DNA from: an uncultured virus (IMG/VR IMGVR_UViG_3300045999_005873)
Lineage: Duplodnaviria > Heunggongvirae > Uroviricota > Caudoviricetes
IMG/VR virus record: IMGVR_UViG_3300045999_005873
Strand: one strand, 5' to 3'
Length of the DNA: 64,000 nucleotides
Under the pieces are notes generated by a model, which did no database searches, was not told the DNA's origin, and saw nothing but the letters and a program-made list of their open reading frames with translations. The translations under genes were made by a program, and so were the position numbers. Shown here piece by piece: positions 25,741 to 35,690 of this stretch; position 1 is the first letter of the stretch, and each line of letters opens with the position of its first letter.

Positions 25741-26217
25741 CTAACGAGTGGTTGCCGAAGCGTCCAGATGTTTTTTGCACGCTTCCCTGACCGTCGGGCG
25801 AGGGTGGCTCTCGGCCGCCCAACGAAGGTAGTCAAGGCCGCGAGGTTGCTTCTCCACCTCGGGCAGCGTGAGGCCGGCGAATCGACCGTCTCGCAGCACG
25901 AACTCACGTTCCTTTGGCTTCAGGTGACCCTTGATCGCCTTTACCCACTGGCCGGTATGGCAGAACACGCACGACAGATACCACTCGCCGCCATCCTCGT
26001 GGAGGATGTCGTGGAGCTGCGTGCCGCAGGCGGCGTCGGCGCAGTCGTAGGTGTGATCGATCATGCCGATGGGCAGGATCGCTCTGTCCTGCTGGAATGC
26101 CCTAAAAAGAACCGGCTTTTCTGGTTCTTGTAAGGGAGCAACAGGCTGCGCGCGAGTAAGGCGTTTCCCTTTAGACCGAACAGGTTCGTCGGGAGATACA
26201 TCGAAAAGCGTGTCCAT
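25741..26217 (-). CDS. Hypothetical protein with Zn ribbon and DUF3820-like C-terminus
   Basis: C....C, C..C; GRFAG.TL.EV....YLRW. Confidence 0.6.
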   Translation of the reverse strand: MDTLFDVSPDEPVRSKGKRLTRAQPVAPLQEPEKPVLFRAFQQDRAILPIGMIDHTYDCADAACGTQLHDILHEDGGEWYLSCVFCHTGQWVKAIKGHLKPKEREFVLRDGRFAGLTLPEVEKQPRGLDYLRWAAESHPRPTVREACKKHLDASATTR

Positions 26218-27860
26218 CAGCGTGGCAGCTCCATTGCGTAGGGTTCGTCAGATTCGCACACAATCAGCCGTTCTTTTGCCCGAGTGACGCCGACGTACTC
26301 AAGCCGGCACTCCTCGTCGTGGCACCGTGGGTCAAGTTCTCGCTCCTGCTCGACGCGGGCGGCCGTCTCGGTCGCCAGGATCACGTCTTGGGCCTCCATC
26401 CCCTTGGCCCCGTGAATGGTCGACAGACGAACATTCGGCTTCGTCGCGGTCGCCGGCCCGTGCCTCTTTGCAGAGTCGTACCACTTCTTCCCGCCGTCCA
26501 GCAGGGACGCCCATCCGCCAGACTGGATCAGCTCCATCAGGGCCGGAGTCACGCCGCCGAGGTCGGCGATTTCGTCGGCCGCGATGAAGTCAACGTCGTC
26601 CCTGGCACCCTTGCTCCAGGCCGACTTCGCGCCCCGCCGCAGAAAGATGGCGTCACCAGTAGCCTTTACGGGCGTCAGCTCGATGGCCGCCTTCCACTCA
26701 TGCCCTCCAATGCCCTGGCCGTGTTGAAGCTTCCAGTAGGCGTTGTAGGCCACCAGCCCCTTTGTGTCGTCCTTGTCGTTGATGCCGGCGTGAGGAATCC
26801 GCCTAGACTCGAGCACCTGGGAGAACTTCGCCAGCGAGTAGTTGCAGCGAGCTAGCACCAGTGTCGAGCGGCTACCATCGACCTGACTCAGCGCCCGCTC
26901 GACGGACGCCTCGCGGATGACGCACCCGTCGTGGGATGCAGGGGCGATCTTCCGGTCGAAGTATCCCTTGTGCATCCGCCGCAAGCACCGCTCGCCAAGC
27001 TCCATTACGGGCTTTGGGCACCGCCAGGACTGCGGCATCGTCCGCTCCTTGTCGACGTTCCACGACAGGAAGTTGTTGTAGTCTGCGCCGCCGAAGCCGA
27101 AGACCGACTGAAAAGGGTCCGCGGCTAGGTACGTCCACTTGACCCCCCGCCCATACGCCAACCGCCGGCAGACGCGATCGACCAGTGCTGACGAGTCCTG
27201 AGCCTCATCGAATACCCACGCCTGCACGCCCTCTGGCAAATCACCCTCCGGCTCCATTTCCTCCGGCCCCTCCAAAGGGAACCTCACTCCGGCATACCGG
27301 CCGAGGATGTCCACGAAGTCGGATTTGCCGTCGATCCGCTTGGCATCCTCGTACTTCCTGATGAAATGCCTCACGGTGGCGATAGGAGGCACGTCCAGCC
27401 CCGCATGGGACTTCTCGGCGTGAACAGAGGCCAAAGGCACGATACGGCTTCTGGCGATGTCCCAGAGCGTCAGGGAGGCAGCCGCCTCGTCGTCGCCCAC
27501 ACAGGCCGCGTACCCGCTATCCCCGACCTTCTTCCACGAGACCGAGACGCGGAGCCGGTCGGCGATCCATTTCGACGCCTTGTCGTCCCTGGTGAGCATC
27601 TGCTCGGTCTTCAGGTCGAGCATCTTGAAGCACGTCGAATGCACCGTCCGAAACCAGCCATGCTTGTCCAGCATGGAGGGGTGGCAGTCAAACGCCGCTG
27701 CCGCCCGGTTCACCATCTCCTCGCGGGCCGCCGTCGTGAAGCTGGCAAACCCGATGGCAGACGGCGTGTCGCCGATCTGCTCGAGCACCGACTTCATGAT
27801 CCCGAGTAACTCCGTTGTCTTCCCTGTTCCAGCACCACCGATGAGCCTTGCAACTTGCAT
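26217..27860 (-). CDS. UvrD/Rep-like SF1 helicase
   Basis: GGAGTGKTT, DEAQD, QS.R, STIHGAKG.E, YVGVTRAK. Confidence 0.92.
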   Translation of the reverse strand: MQVARLIGGAGTGKTTELLGIMKSVLEQIGDTPSAIGFASFTTAAREEMVNRAAAAFDCHPSMLDKHGWFRTVHSTCFKMLDLKTEQMLTRDDKASKWIADRLRVSVSWKKVGDSGYAACVGDDEAAASLTLWDIARSRIVPLASVHAEKSHAGLDVPPIATVRHFIRKYEDAKRIDGKSDFVDILGRYAGVRFPLEGPEEMEPEGDLPEGVQAWVFDEAQDSSALVDRVCRRLAYGRGVKWTYLAADPFQSVFGFGGADYNNFLSWNVDKERTMPQSWRCPKPVMELGERCLRRMHKGYFDRKIAPASHDGCVIREASVERALSQVDGSRSTLVLARCNYSLAKFSQVLESRRIPHAGINDKDDTKGLVAYNAYWKLQHGQGIGGHEWKAAIELTPVKATGDAIFLRRGAKSAWSKGARDDVDFIAADEIADLGGVTPALMELIQSGGWASLLDGGKKWYDSAKRHGPATATKPNVRLSTIHGAKGMEAQDVILATETAARVEQERELDPRCHDEECRLEYVGVTRAKERLIVCESDEPYAMELPR

Positions 27861-27938
27861 TGGACCGCTTTTCCTTCCTTGGGGTTTTGTGGGCGGGTTT
27901 TCGGTCCACCCTAAAGTGTTATTCAGTAGCCACTTACG

Positions 27939-29696
27939 TCACGCTGGCCCACAAACCAGCTTTCCCGCGTCTACAATCGGTTCCTGAAAATCAATTTGGC
28001 CCCTATATATAAGGGCTTTTGGGCCAAGAATGCCGTCAGGATGGGCAATGTTTTCAAGATGGGCAATATGGGCTTGCGTCCAGACGACGTAGCGCCGCCT
28101 GACTCCGGTCTCCGTCCGCACCCGTTCGATCTTGAACTCGTTCTCTTCCGCGGCTGCCAGCATCCGCCTCTTCAGGGCCACCATGTCGCCCTCGTTGAGC
28201 CTGACCTTCCTCGTCTTCTGGATGTCCTCGAATACGCGAGTCCACGAGAAGTAGAGTTCGTAGGTGCCGTCGCCAGACCGCACCCAGCATGGCCTGCCCG
28301 ACGGGTGGGGCATGGAGTCGTCCATGTCCGGCTCCGGCTTGGCGATGTTCGACAAGCCGTCTAGCAGCCACCCAGCCACGACCGCATACCGCTGCTGCTC
28401 GGCCGGCGGCCACTCCTCGTCGCGGTCATCCATCAACTTGACCTTGAGGCCGCGCACCTTGACCGTCTTCTTCTCCCCCTCGGGCTTGTAGGAGTAGCCG
28501 TTCCAGATTTTGGCCCACTCCTTGGGGTTCGGGTCGGTCACGTCGATCGTGCCTGTGGCCTCGAGCACCTTCCTGGCGACGGCGATGGGGCTAGACCAGT
28601 CGGCGCTGGTCAGCGAGACGAAGACCCGCATCTTCTCGTCTTCTTCGTCATCTTGGGTGGCCCCAGGCAGGGGCACGCCCAGGCGAAACTCCTTGGGGTC
28701 GGAGTGAACGACTGTGAGCCGCCACAGACCCGGGAACCACTCGCCGCTGCGGATTTCCAGACCGCTGGCGGTATGTGGACTCTTCGCCTTCATCTCGCGA
28801 ACCTTCTCGTCGGCATCCTTGTCGGTGCTGGCGATCTTGGTGGCCCCAGACGCCCTAGCCTTCATGCCCCAGCGGAGCTGCCCCTGCCAGATTGAGACGA
28901 CCTGCGGGTCTTTTAGGGGGTCTGCGAGCCGCGTTTGGTTGAGCGACCGGCAGATCATCAGCACGTTCTGCTGCTCGACGGGGTCGTGTGGGTCTCTCAT
29001 CCGCATGATCTCTGACGAAATCCAGGCGACGAGAGCATCATTCCGCTCGCCCTCCTGAATGATCCGCTCGTAGATCGTGTTTTTGGTGATCTCGCCTTCC
29101 CCCCCTTCGCCACCGCATGCGGCGATGACCGCGAGCACAAGAGCTTCTGGCATCGTCGCCAGCTCGACCTCATCCGGCGATCTACCGGGCTCCCACGCAT
29201 ACTTCTTGCCCGTGTGATGCACGCTGGGCGGGATGATGGACTGCGTCATCTTGCCGCCACCACCGAACCGCACCTCCAGTCCGTCGATCTTCTTGACGCC
29301 CTTCGAGATGTCGATCAGACGCTTGTCCATCTTCCAGAGCCTGTGACCGCCACGAGAGGAGACGAAGCCGGGGGTCGGGATGTTGAGCAGGCCAAACCTC
29401 TTCGCCGTGGCAAAAGACTTCTCGTCGTCCCATTCGGTATCGATCACACCGCTGGACGGGCCGAGGGGGAGGCCGATGTTGAACATCGCGTCATCCTCGA
29501 ACCACGACGCAATCACGTCTTCGTCTGTTGTGACATGAAGAAGCCAGTCATCGTGGATGGGGTGCTTCCCTGGGGTGGCGCATGACTTGCGGCGATGGCA
29601 CATGCACCCGCCGTCTTCTCGCATGCCCCAGTTCTGCACCATCGGCCAGCCTTGATTGGCGGCGTATCCTGCTGCTGCTTTGAATATGTCGTTCAT
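27939..29696 (-). CDS. Bifunctional primase-polymerase with PriCT-like domain
   Basis: C.C...C.TPGKHP, NIG..G.SSG..D.E.D, GGH, PPSVH.TG..Y.W, EGERND.L. Confidence 0.85.
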   Translation of the reverse strand: MNDIFKAAAGYAANQGWPMVQNWGMREDGGCMCHRRKSCATPGKHPIHDDWLLHVTTDEDVIASWFEDDAMFNIGLPLGPSSGVIDTEWDDEKSFATAKRFGLLNIPTPGFVSSRGGHRLWKMDKRLIDISKGVKKIDGLEVRFGGGGKMTQSIIPPSVHHTGKKYAWEPGRSPDEVELATMPEALVLAVIAACGGEGGEGEITKNTIYERIIQEGERNDALVAWISSEIMRMRDPHDPVEQQNVLMICRSLNQTRLADPLKDPQVVSIWQGQLRWGMKARASGATKIASTDKDADEKVREMKAKSPHTASGLEIRSGEWFPGLWRLTVVHSDPKEFRLGVPLPGATQDDEEDEKMRVFVSLTSADWSSPIAVARKVLEATGTIDVTDPNPKEWAKIWNGYSYKPEGEKKTVKVRGLKVKLMDDRDEEWPPAEQQRYAVVAGWLLDGLSNIAKPEPDMDDSMPHPSGRPCWVRSGDGTYELYFSWTRVFEDIQKTRKVRLNEGDMVALKRRMLAAAEENEFKIERVRTETGVRRRYVVWTQAHIAHLENIAHPDGILGPKALIYRGQIDFQEPIVDAGKLVCGPA

Positions 29697-30574
29697 ACAT
29701 TCGCCTCCACTTGGTTCCAGAGCTTCTTCCACGCCTCTCCCGCCGTATTCGCAAAAATGCGAGTCGCCGCAAACTGCTGGCACAACCACATCTGGTGATC
29801 ATCGAATTCCTTCGGACTTGCGACGACCACTGTCTTCCTTCGCGCGACAGCCAATCCGATCTCAAAGATTGTGCCGAAGCAGTCGTCTGAGTTGATCCAA
29901 GCAAACAGGAGGTCGCACTTAGTGATCGCCGAGTCGATGTTTTTGTGAACGATCGACATTGCACGCCTTCGGTCAGCTCCGCTCGGGAGCGAGCCGACCC
30001 CGTGATCATCAAATTCAACGGGCGTGTATGCGTGAGGCTCGCCGCACCAATTAGAGTCTCCGTGACCGCCGCCTCTACCGAAATCGCACCACCACGGCCC
30101 TAAGTAATCAAGGCGAGACCCAAACGCCGCTGAAACAGCGCGAGGAACCACTTCCCATTTGTCGCCTCTGTCAGAATCGACTGCTTGATAATAAAACGGA
30201 GAGTGGTTCTGGTAGCTCCAGCCATCAACTATCTCGTCGCGCCAATCGTCGCCAGTGATTTTCCCTGCCAGATAGACAGATCGGATTGGCTTTCCTCTCT
30301 CAAGAAACAGCGGCGAGTTGACCCGAGGGTCATAATCGCACTTGCCGTGCGTAAACTCATGGCACTGCTTGCAGAGAGCCTGGAGGTCATCCAGCGGCTC
30401 GTCGTATTTGCGGGCATATGTCAGATGATGAACGTGATCCATCTCGTTCACGCGACATCGTTCGCACTTGCCGTCGCTTCGCTTCCTGACGGCCTCGCGT
30501 CTGGCGCACCACTCGCGACTACATAGATACGCCTGATACTTTTCCTTGTCGCTCGATATCGCCTTCCAACTCAT
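29693..30574 (-). CDS. HNH-like domain fused to nucleoside 2-deoxyribosyltransferase-like domain
   Basis: YL.S.EW..RR, CERC, HHLTY, LC..CH; then VYLAG ... CD..FA.....GT.FEIG.A...K.V. Confidence 0.7.
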   Translation of the reverse strand: MSWKAISSDKEKYQAYLCSREWCARREAVRKRSDGKCERCRVNEMDHVHHLTYARKYDEPLDDLQALCKQCHEFTHGKCDYDPRVNSPLFLERGKPIRSVYLAGKITGDDWRDEIVDGWSYQNHSPFYYQAVDSDRGDKWEVVPRAVSAAFGSRLDYLGPWWCDFGRGGGHGDSNWCGEPHAYTPVEFDDHGVGSLPSGADRRRAMSIVHKNIDSAITKCDLLFAWINSDDCFGTIFEIGLAVARRKTVVVASPKEFDDHQMWLCQQFAATRIFANTAGEAWKKLWNQVEANV

Positions 30575-30794
30575 TGATCCACTCCTTTGGTTTGTTGTGC
30601 AAAGAACCCCCCGCGGAGCCGCCAAAAGCTGACGGCCCCGCGGGGTTTAAATTCGCCATCACAGGCCCGCGAGAGTTGGCACGGGTGAGCTGCGACGACT
30701 TCCTCGGGTTACGACGCCACGCCGAGGCATAGGCGACCGGCACGCAGGGACGATGGAGACCGGCGTGTCTCGCCGCCGGCCCGACGGCAAAGAA

Positions 30795-31577
30795 CTACTC
30801 GTCGCCCAGGTCGGCAGCGTTCACGGTGGCCCCGGCGGGCGGCGCGTTGAACATCTGCGTCAGGGGCGTGTGGTAGACCCTCAGAGCGACATCGCCCTGC
30901 TCCTCGCTGACGGTGCCGACGATTCGCGGCACGATCTGCGAGTAAGGCTGGCCGCCAGCATTCTTGATCTTCTGGAGCTTCAGGCCGATGACGCACTCGT
31001 AGACGAACGAGGGCATCCGCTTCCTGAACGGCAGCCAGTTCGCAAGCGACCCCGGCCCGACGGTCACAAGCATCGGCCATGTCTCGCCCTCGCGGAGGAT
31101 GGCGAGCACGCGGTTTTCCTTGACCTTCCGGCTGCGTCCGCCGCCCTTGCCGCTACCCCAACCGAACTCTGGGCCGGTAGACAGTGCCGCCCAGTCATAT
31201 TTCCTATCGCCGATACGATACCGTTCCAGGGCCTTTGGATCACAATCTCCGAGATCATCCGAGACGCGGTATCCGACGAGCAGATCGTGCGTCACGATCA
31301 CGGGACGCATATCCGACGGGTCGTCTTTCGGCCAGAGCGTGCCGCGGCGACCCTCGGCGACGAGCAGGCCGACGATCTCCTCGGTCGTCTCCACGTTGCC
31401 CTGATTGTCGATGCTCCACATCGTACCCCCACCGGCCGGCGTGGGGACGCGGATCAAGTCCTGCTCCCGCATCGGCTCGCCTTCCAGATTGGCCTGGATG
31501 ATCCGCGCCTGCCGACTGGTCGGCGAGAGCGCGGGGTAGTCGATCGTCTTCAGGTTCGTCGAAATTGCTGTGCTCAT
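30795..31577 (-). CDS. Conserved replication-module protein, possibly ssDNA-binding
   Basis: Position in replication block; acidic C-tail DLGDE; RVP.P.GGG..W motif. Confidence 0.55.
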   Translation of the reverse strand: MSTAISTNLKTIDYPALSPTSRQARIIQANLEGEPMREQDLIRVPTPAGGGTMWSIDNQGNVETTEEIVGLLVAEGRRGTLWPKDDPSDMRPVIVTHDLLVGYRVSDDLGDCDPKALERYRIGDRKYDWAALSTGPEFGWGSGKGGGRSRKVKENRVLAILREGETWPMLVTVGPGSLANWLPFRKRMPSFVYECVIGLKLQKIKNAGGQPYSQIVPRIVGTVSEEQGDVALRVYHTPLTQMFNAPPAGATVNAADLGDE

Positions 31578-31649
31578 GGTTTTCTCCTAGAGCTTGTCAT
31601 CGATCCATCAACACACCGCCCCGGCAACACGCCGCGGCGGCAACGCTTG

Positions 31650-31937
31650 TCACCAGCCCTCGCGGTCGAGCCGCGTGATGCAGTCCTCTTCCATCCGCCG
31701 GCCATCGGCTGCCGAGATCACGCCGCCTTCGACGCGGGCATCGATCGTCCGCATCGCCCGCTGGTAGCCGTTGCTGCCTGGGGAGTAGCGAGGGCCACGG
31801 TTCTGCCGAATCAAGACGCCCCCGTCGGGCGTCGGCATCGTGTAGGTCGCCACCTTGAACCCGCCCTCCCACTCAATCGTGGTGCAGGTGCCGCCGCTGG
31901 GGAGGAACTCAACTCGTCGCGAGATGACTTTGCTCAC
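31650..31937 (-). CDS. Hypothetical protein
   Basis: Coupled ORF. Confidence 0.55.
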   Translation of the reverse strand: MSKVISRRVEFLPSGGTCTTIEWEGGFKVATYTMPTPDGGVLIRQNRGPRYSPGSNGYQRAMRTIDARVEGGVISAADGRRMEEDCITRLDREGW

Positions 31938-32395
31938 GAGCCACCTCCAACCGTGAGGTGCCGCAGGACGGGGCGAACGAACTCGCTGACGAGGCCGGCG
32001 AACGCCGTGCCGTCAGCCCAAGGCTCACGGGCATCCTTGCCCGCTGCCTTGTGCATCTCCTTGAGCACAGACTTCAATTGGCTCGTGTTGACGCCAATGA
32101 GCTGCTTCTCCATCCCTGCTGCCCGTGCCGCAGCCAAGACCGCATCCTTGTTCTCGGCCGTGGCGCTGATCGAGTGATCCCACTCGACTCGCCAACTCCG
32201 TCCGGCGACCCGAACTCCGTCGAGTCTCCCCGCCGTCATCTCCTCGACGGCCAGATTCGCGAGCACATCCCGCTTCTTTTTCAGTTCTTTCACCGTCAGC
32301 TCGGCCACGTCGATTTCGCGGTCGATCTGAGCGATCTGTTCAAGCGCGCTCGAGAGCGGCGTTGTGTCTGGTACGGTAGGAATTGCAAACGACAT
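31934..32395 (-). CDS. Hypothetical coiled-coil replication-module protein
   Basis: RBS AAGGAAG; VN...LKS..KE pattern. Confidence 0.65.
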   Translation of the reverse strand: MSFAIPTVPDTTPLSSALEQIAQIDREIDVAELTVKELKKKRDVLANLAVEEMTAGRLDGVRVAGRSWRVEWDHSISATAENKDAVLAAARAAGMEKQLIGVNTSQLKSVLKEMHKAAGKDAREPWADGTAFAGLVSEFVRPVLRHLTVGGGS

Positions 32396-33731
32396 CGATC
32401 ACTTCCTTTCGATTCGAGAGGGCTTCATACACGCGGCCGTCGGCCGTTGTCTTGCCGTGTAGCTGTGCAACCAGACTAAAAAATCGCGTGTGTCGTTCCT
32501 GGCCGGGGCGGTGCAGACGGGCGATCGCCTGGAGCCACTCAGAGAGCGAGTGGCCGAGGCTGTAGAAGACGCCCACGTTCGCCCGCGTTAAGTCGATGCC
32601 GATGCCGCCGCTTTGAATCTGAGCGACCAGCACGGCGGTCTTCCCGGCCTGCCACGCGGCAAGGTCGTCCACTTTACCCGATAGCTCGCTCACCGTGCGA
32701 CCCAGTTGGTCGCAAACGTGGAGGACGCTGTCGATGTCGCTGCGAAACCGACAGAAGACGACGAGCGGCTCGTTCTCGGGCATATCCTCAAGCATCTCCG
32801 CGAACGCCGCCCGCTTCGACGGGGTCTCGTCGATCTGCCTCGCGGCGACGGTGTCGTCGAGCCGCATGAAGCCGCTGGTGGCCTGGAGCATGCGGAGCAG
32901 GCCGACCATCGCGTTCTGAGGCGTGATGAACCCCCCGTCGACCTCGGCGCAGAAGTCCTTCTCAAGCTGCGTGTATACCTTGCCTTCTTTGGCCGTCATT
33001 TCGACCGGCACTTCAACGTGGTGAATCGGCGGCAGGTCAAGGACATCCTCGCTTTTGCGTTGGAACGTCGTGGCCGCGACCCTGGCCGCAAACTGCTCCT
33101 TGTTCCTCCAACCGATGACCATGCCGGGGATGGCTGGATTCGTGATCGCGTAGGTGGCCTTGAACAGCGTGTAGGTCGTGCCAAAGGTGGCACATTCCGG
33201 CGATTCGACGGCTCGCCATGTCCCGTAGGCGTCGAGCGGGCTTTGGGCGAGGAGCGTGCCCGAAAGGCCGATACGCTTCGCGGTCGGGTTCTTCTTGCAG
33301 AGCTTCGCGGCCCACTTGCTGGCGGCCCCCGACGGGCTCTTGAGCCGATGAACCTCGTCCCAGACAAGGCAGTCCCAGGAGAGCTTTTCAACTTCCTTGA
33401 TTCGCCAAAGGCTCTCGTAGTTGCCGACGATGATCACGGGCGACGTATCGGCCATCGCTGCCACGATCTGCCGGCCTTTGTCGGCCGAGGTGCCGCGTTC
33501 AAGCAAGACAACGCGGATTTCAGGCAGCCACATCGCCGCCTGCTTCGCCCAGGCGGGAATCACGGCTTTCGGGCAGCCGACGAGAATGCGACGAAACGAC
33601 CCTGCCAGCATGGCCCGCTTGATGATCTCGAGCGTCGTGCGTGTTTTCCCGGCCCCCATGCCGATCCAGAGAAGGACATCCCTGCGGCCGTCGGCCCACG
33701 CGATCGCTTCCTGCTGATGGGTCCACAACAT
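32340..33731 (-). CDS. SNF2-family helicase
   Basis: MGAGKT, DEVH, LSGT, GG.GIDL, QA..R.HRPGQ. Confidence 0.92.
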   Translation of the reverse strand: MLWTHQQEAIAWADGRRDVLLWIGMGAGKTRTTLEIIKRAMLAGSFRRILVGCPKAVIPAWAKQAAMWLPEIRVVLLERGTSADKGRQIVAAMADTSPVIIVGNYESLWRIKEVEKLSWDCLVWDEVHRLKSPSGAASKWAAKLCKKNPTAKRIGLSGTLLAQSPLDAYGTWRAVESPECATFGTTYTLFKATYAITNPAIPGMVIGWRNKEQFAARVAATTFQRKSEDVLDLPPIHHVEVPVEMTAKEGKVYTQLEKDFCAEVDGGFITPQNAMVGLLRMLQATSGFMRLDDTVAARQIDETPSKRAAFAEMLEDMPENEPLVVFCRFRSDIDSVLHVCDQLGRTVSELSGKVDDLAAWQAGKTAVLVAQIQSGGIGIDLTRANVGVFYSLGHSLSEWLQAIARLHRPGQERHTRFFSLVAQLHGKTTADGRVYEALSNRKEVIDVVCNSYRTRHNAALERA

Positions 33732-33784
33732 CCTGCTGCACTCCTTTGCGTGGGCAGGATGATAGGCGACTGATCAACACTTCG

Positions 33785-34327
33785 TCAAGCGAGGTTTCGG
33801 TGCCGGCCTTTTTTCTTGCCAGCGGCTTGGAGACGGCGGGCAGTGGACACGTTTGCTTCGCAGCTCGCCCGCGAGAAAATCCAACATCGGCTTCGCTTGT
33901 TCCTCGCGTTCACGACGATGCGACCGACGATCTTTCCCTGCTGCGCCATCCGCGGCGGAAACGTCCAATGGACGCCCATGATCTCTGCGGCCTCACCCGT
34001 GGAGACGGCATCGCCGAATGCGATCTTGTGCTCGAGCGAGGCTAGCGCCTTGACCATCGGAGGCCGGAGGTCGACTCCAGCACGCGGCCGTTTGCCAGAA
34101 CCGCCATGCTTCAACTGTTCGGCGTATTCTTCCCAGTCTGCCTCGCACTCGGCGAGCGAGTAGACCGTGAAGACCCGCTCGGGGTCGCTGACCACTGGGG
34201 ATGCCAGCGTGCGGCTCGTCAGGAGCCCCTTTTCGACCATTCGGGCCGGGGTCGTCCAATGAACGCCCAGGAGGCACGCCGCCTCCCAGCTTCCAATCGC
34301 TTGATCGATCTGCTTCTTCTTCGCCAT
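33785..34327 (-). CDS. Tandem-duplicated winged-HTH protein (repressor/excisionase candidate)
   Basis: Two copies of EAA..GVHWT.P.RM...G.....S...CEA. Confidence 0.7.
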   Translation of the reverse strand: MAKKKQIDQAIGSWEAACLLGVHWTTPARMVEKGLLTSRTLASPVVSDPERVFTVYSLAECEADWEEYAEQLKHGGSGKRPRAGVDLRPPMVKALASLEHKIAFGDAVSTGEAAEIMGVHWTFPPRMAQQGKIVGRIVVNARNKRSRCWIFSRASCEANVSTARRLQAAGKKKGRHRNLA

Positions 34328-34528
34328 GTGTCCGCCTTCTGGCGGTCTTGCCGCCACAGGCAGGATACCCCCGGGACAGGGCCAAAAGCCAATTTCCAGA
34401 AAAACCGCCACGGCTCCACTTGACGTAGTGGAGGATAGGGGATTTGAATAGTGGCGTCGGGCACCCCCGCATGGTGCCCGACCGGCCGGCAAAAAGCCAG
34501 CCGCCACAAGGACACATGGAGGTGCCTA
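34328..34528. promoter_or_regulatory. Divergent control region
   Basis: Palindrome CTCCACT-TGACGT-AGTGGAG (34414-34433) over TTGACG; 10-bp hairpin 34456-34482; repeated GCCGCCACA. Confidence 0.55.
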
Positions 34529-34738
34529 ATGCCCCGCTACACCGTGATTTGCGAGTGGTCGGACTCTGGGAACGCCGTCGAGGACGCCGACGAGATCGTG
34601 GTTGTGACTGACACCCCGGCTCTGGCCGTGGAGAAGGCGAGAAAAAAATGGCGGCTGACCATTGGGGCCGAGTGGCCGACCTGCCGGCTCACGAACGCAT
34701 TTGTCCTGACGCCGGAAAAGTTAGCCAAGCTGCTATAG
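34529..34738 (+). CDS. Small hypothetical protein
   Basis: GGAGGT RBS. Confidence 0.65.
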   Translation: MPRYTVICEWSDSGNAVEDADEIVVVTDTPALAVEKARKKWRLTIGAEWPTCRLTNAFVLTPEKLAKLL

Positions 34739-34799
34739 GCCGCAAAAACCGACCATTCGCGCCCCCCACTGGGGGGGCGCGTCGTGTTTGCTGTTTCGC

Positions 34800-35690
34800 A
34801 TGGAGGTGGTACTTCTCAAGAGGGAGAGTCACACCGTGATATTGCATCGCGTTCTTGTCGATCTTTACGCTCCGCTGACCGGAGTCAGCGACCGCACCAT
34901 CACCCTCTATGGCTACACCCTCCGCTCCTGGGGGGCGGTGCTCGGGCGACCGCCAGAGACAAGCGACCTCGAAGAACTCGCGGTCGCCCGTTTCCTGGCC
35001 CACCGCGTCCGCGAGATGTCGGCGGCCACGGCGGCGAAAGACCGGGCCCAGCTTCGCGCCCTCTGGGAGTTCTGCGCCCGCCGGAAGCTCTGTGACACTT
35101 GGCCGCAGGTGCCCAGGATCATCGTGCCCGAGCGAATCCCAGAGGCGTGGCTGACTGACGAGATGAAGGCGATCCTGGCGTCTGCCGCCCAGGAGCAAGG
35201 CCGCATCGGTGGCTTTCAGGCCGCCTCGGTGTGGAAGGCCATTCTCTTGCTGTGCTACGACACGGGGGAGCGCATCGCCTCGGTCGTCGAGGTGCGGGCC
35301 TCCGACGTGCGCGGGTGCAACGTCATCTTCAGGGCCGAGGAGCGGAAGGGCAGGCGGCGGGACATCCTACGCGAGATCAGCGTCGAGTGCGCCGACGCCC
35401 TCCTGGCGATTCGCCGCGGCCCCGACGACACCGCGATCCCGTGGGATCGGCACCACACCTGTCTCTGGCGGATACTGAAGATCATCCTCCAGCGGGCGGG
35501 CCTGCCCAGCGACCGCCGGTGCAAGTTTCACCGCATCCGCAAGACGACGGCGAGCTACTACGAGGCTGCCGGCGGGTCGGCCCAGCGACTTCTTGATCAC
35601 TCCAGCCCAGCGGTGACGAAGAAGTACCTCGACCCTCGCATCGTCAGCCCAGGCGTGCCCGCCCCGAGCGTGCTGCCGAAGGTGGTCTAG
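34800..35690 (+). CDS. int: Tyrosine recombinase/integrase (start may be 34836)
   Basis: TGER (R), RK, FHRIR (HxxR), LDHSS, KKY catalytic residues. Confidence 0.9.
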   Translation: MEVVLLKRESHTVILHRVLVDLYAPLTGVSDRTITLYGYTLRSWGAVLGRPPETSDLEELAVARFLAHRVREMSAATAAKDRAQLRALWEFCARRKLCDTWPQVPRIIVPERIPEAWLTDEMKAILASAAQEQGRIGGFQAASVWKAILLLCYDTGERIASVVEVRASDVRGCNVIFRAEERKGRRRDILREISVECADALLAIRRGPDDTAIPWDRHHTCLWRILKIILQRAGLPSDRRCKFHRIRKTTASYYEAAGGSAQRLLDHSSPAVTKKYLDPRIVSPGVPAPSVLPKVV

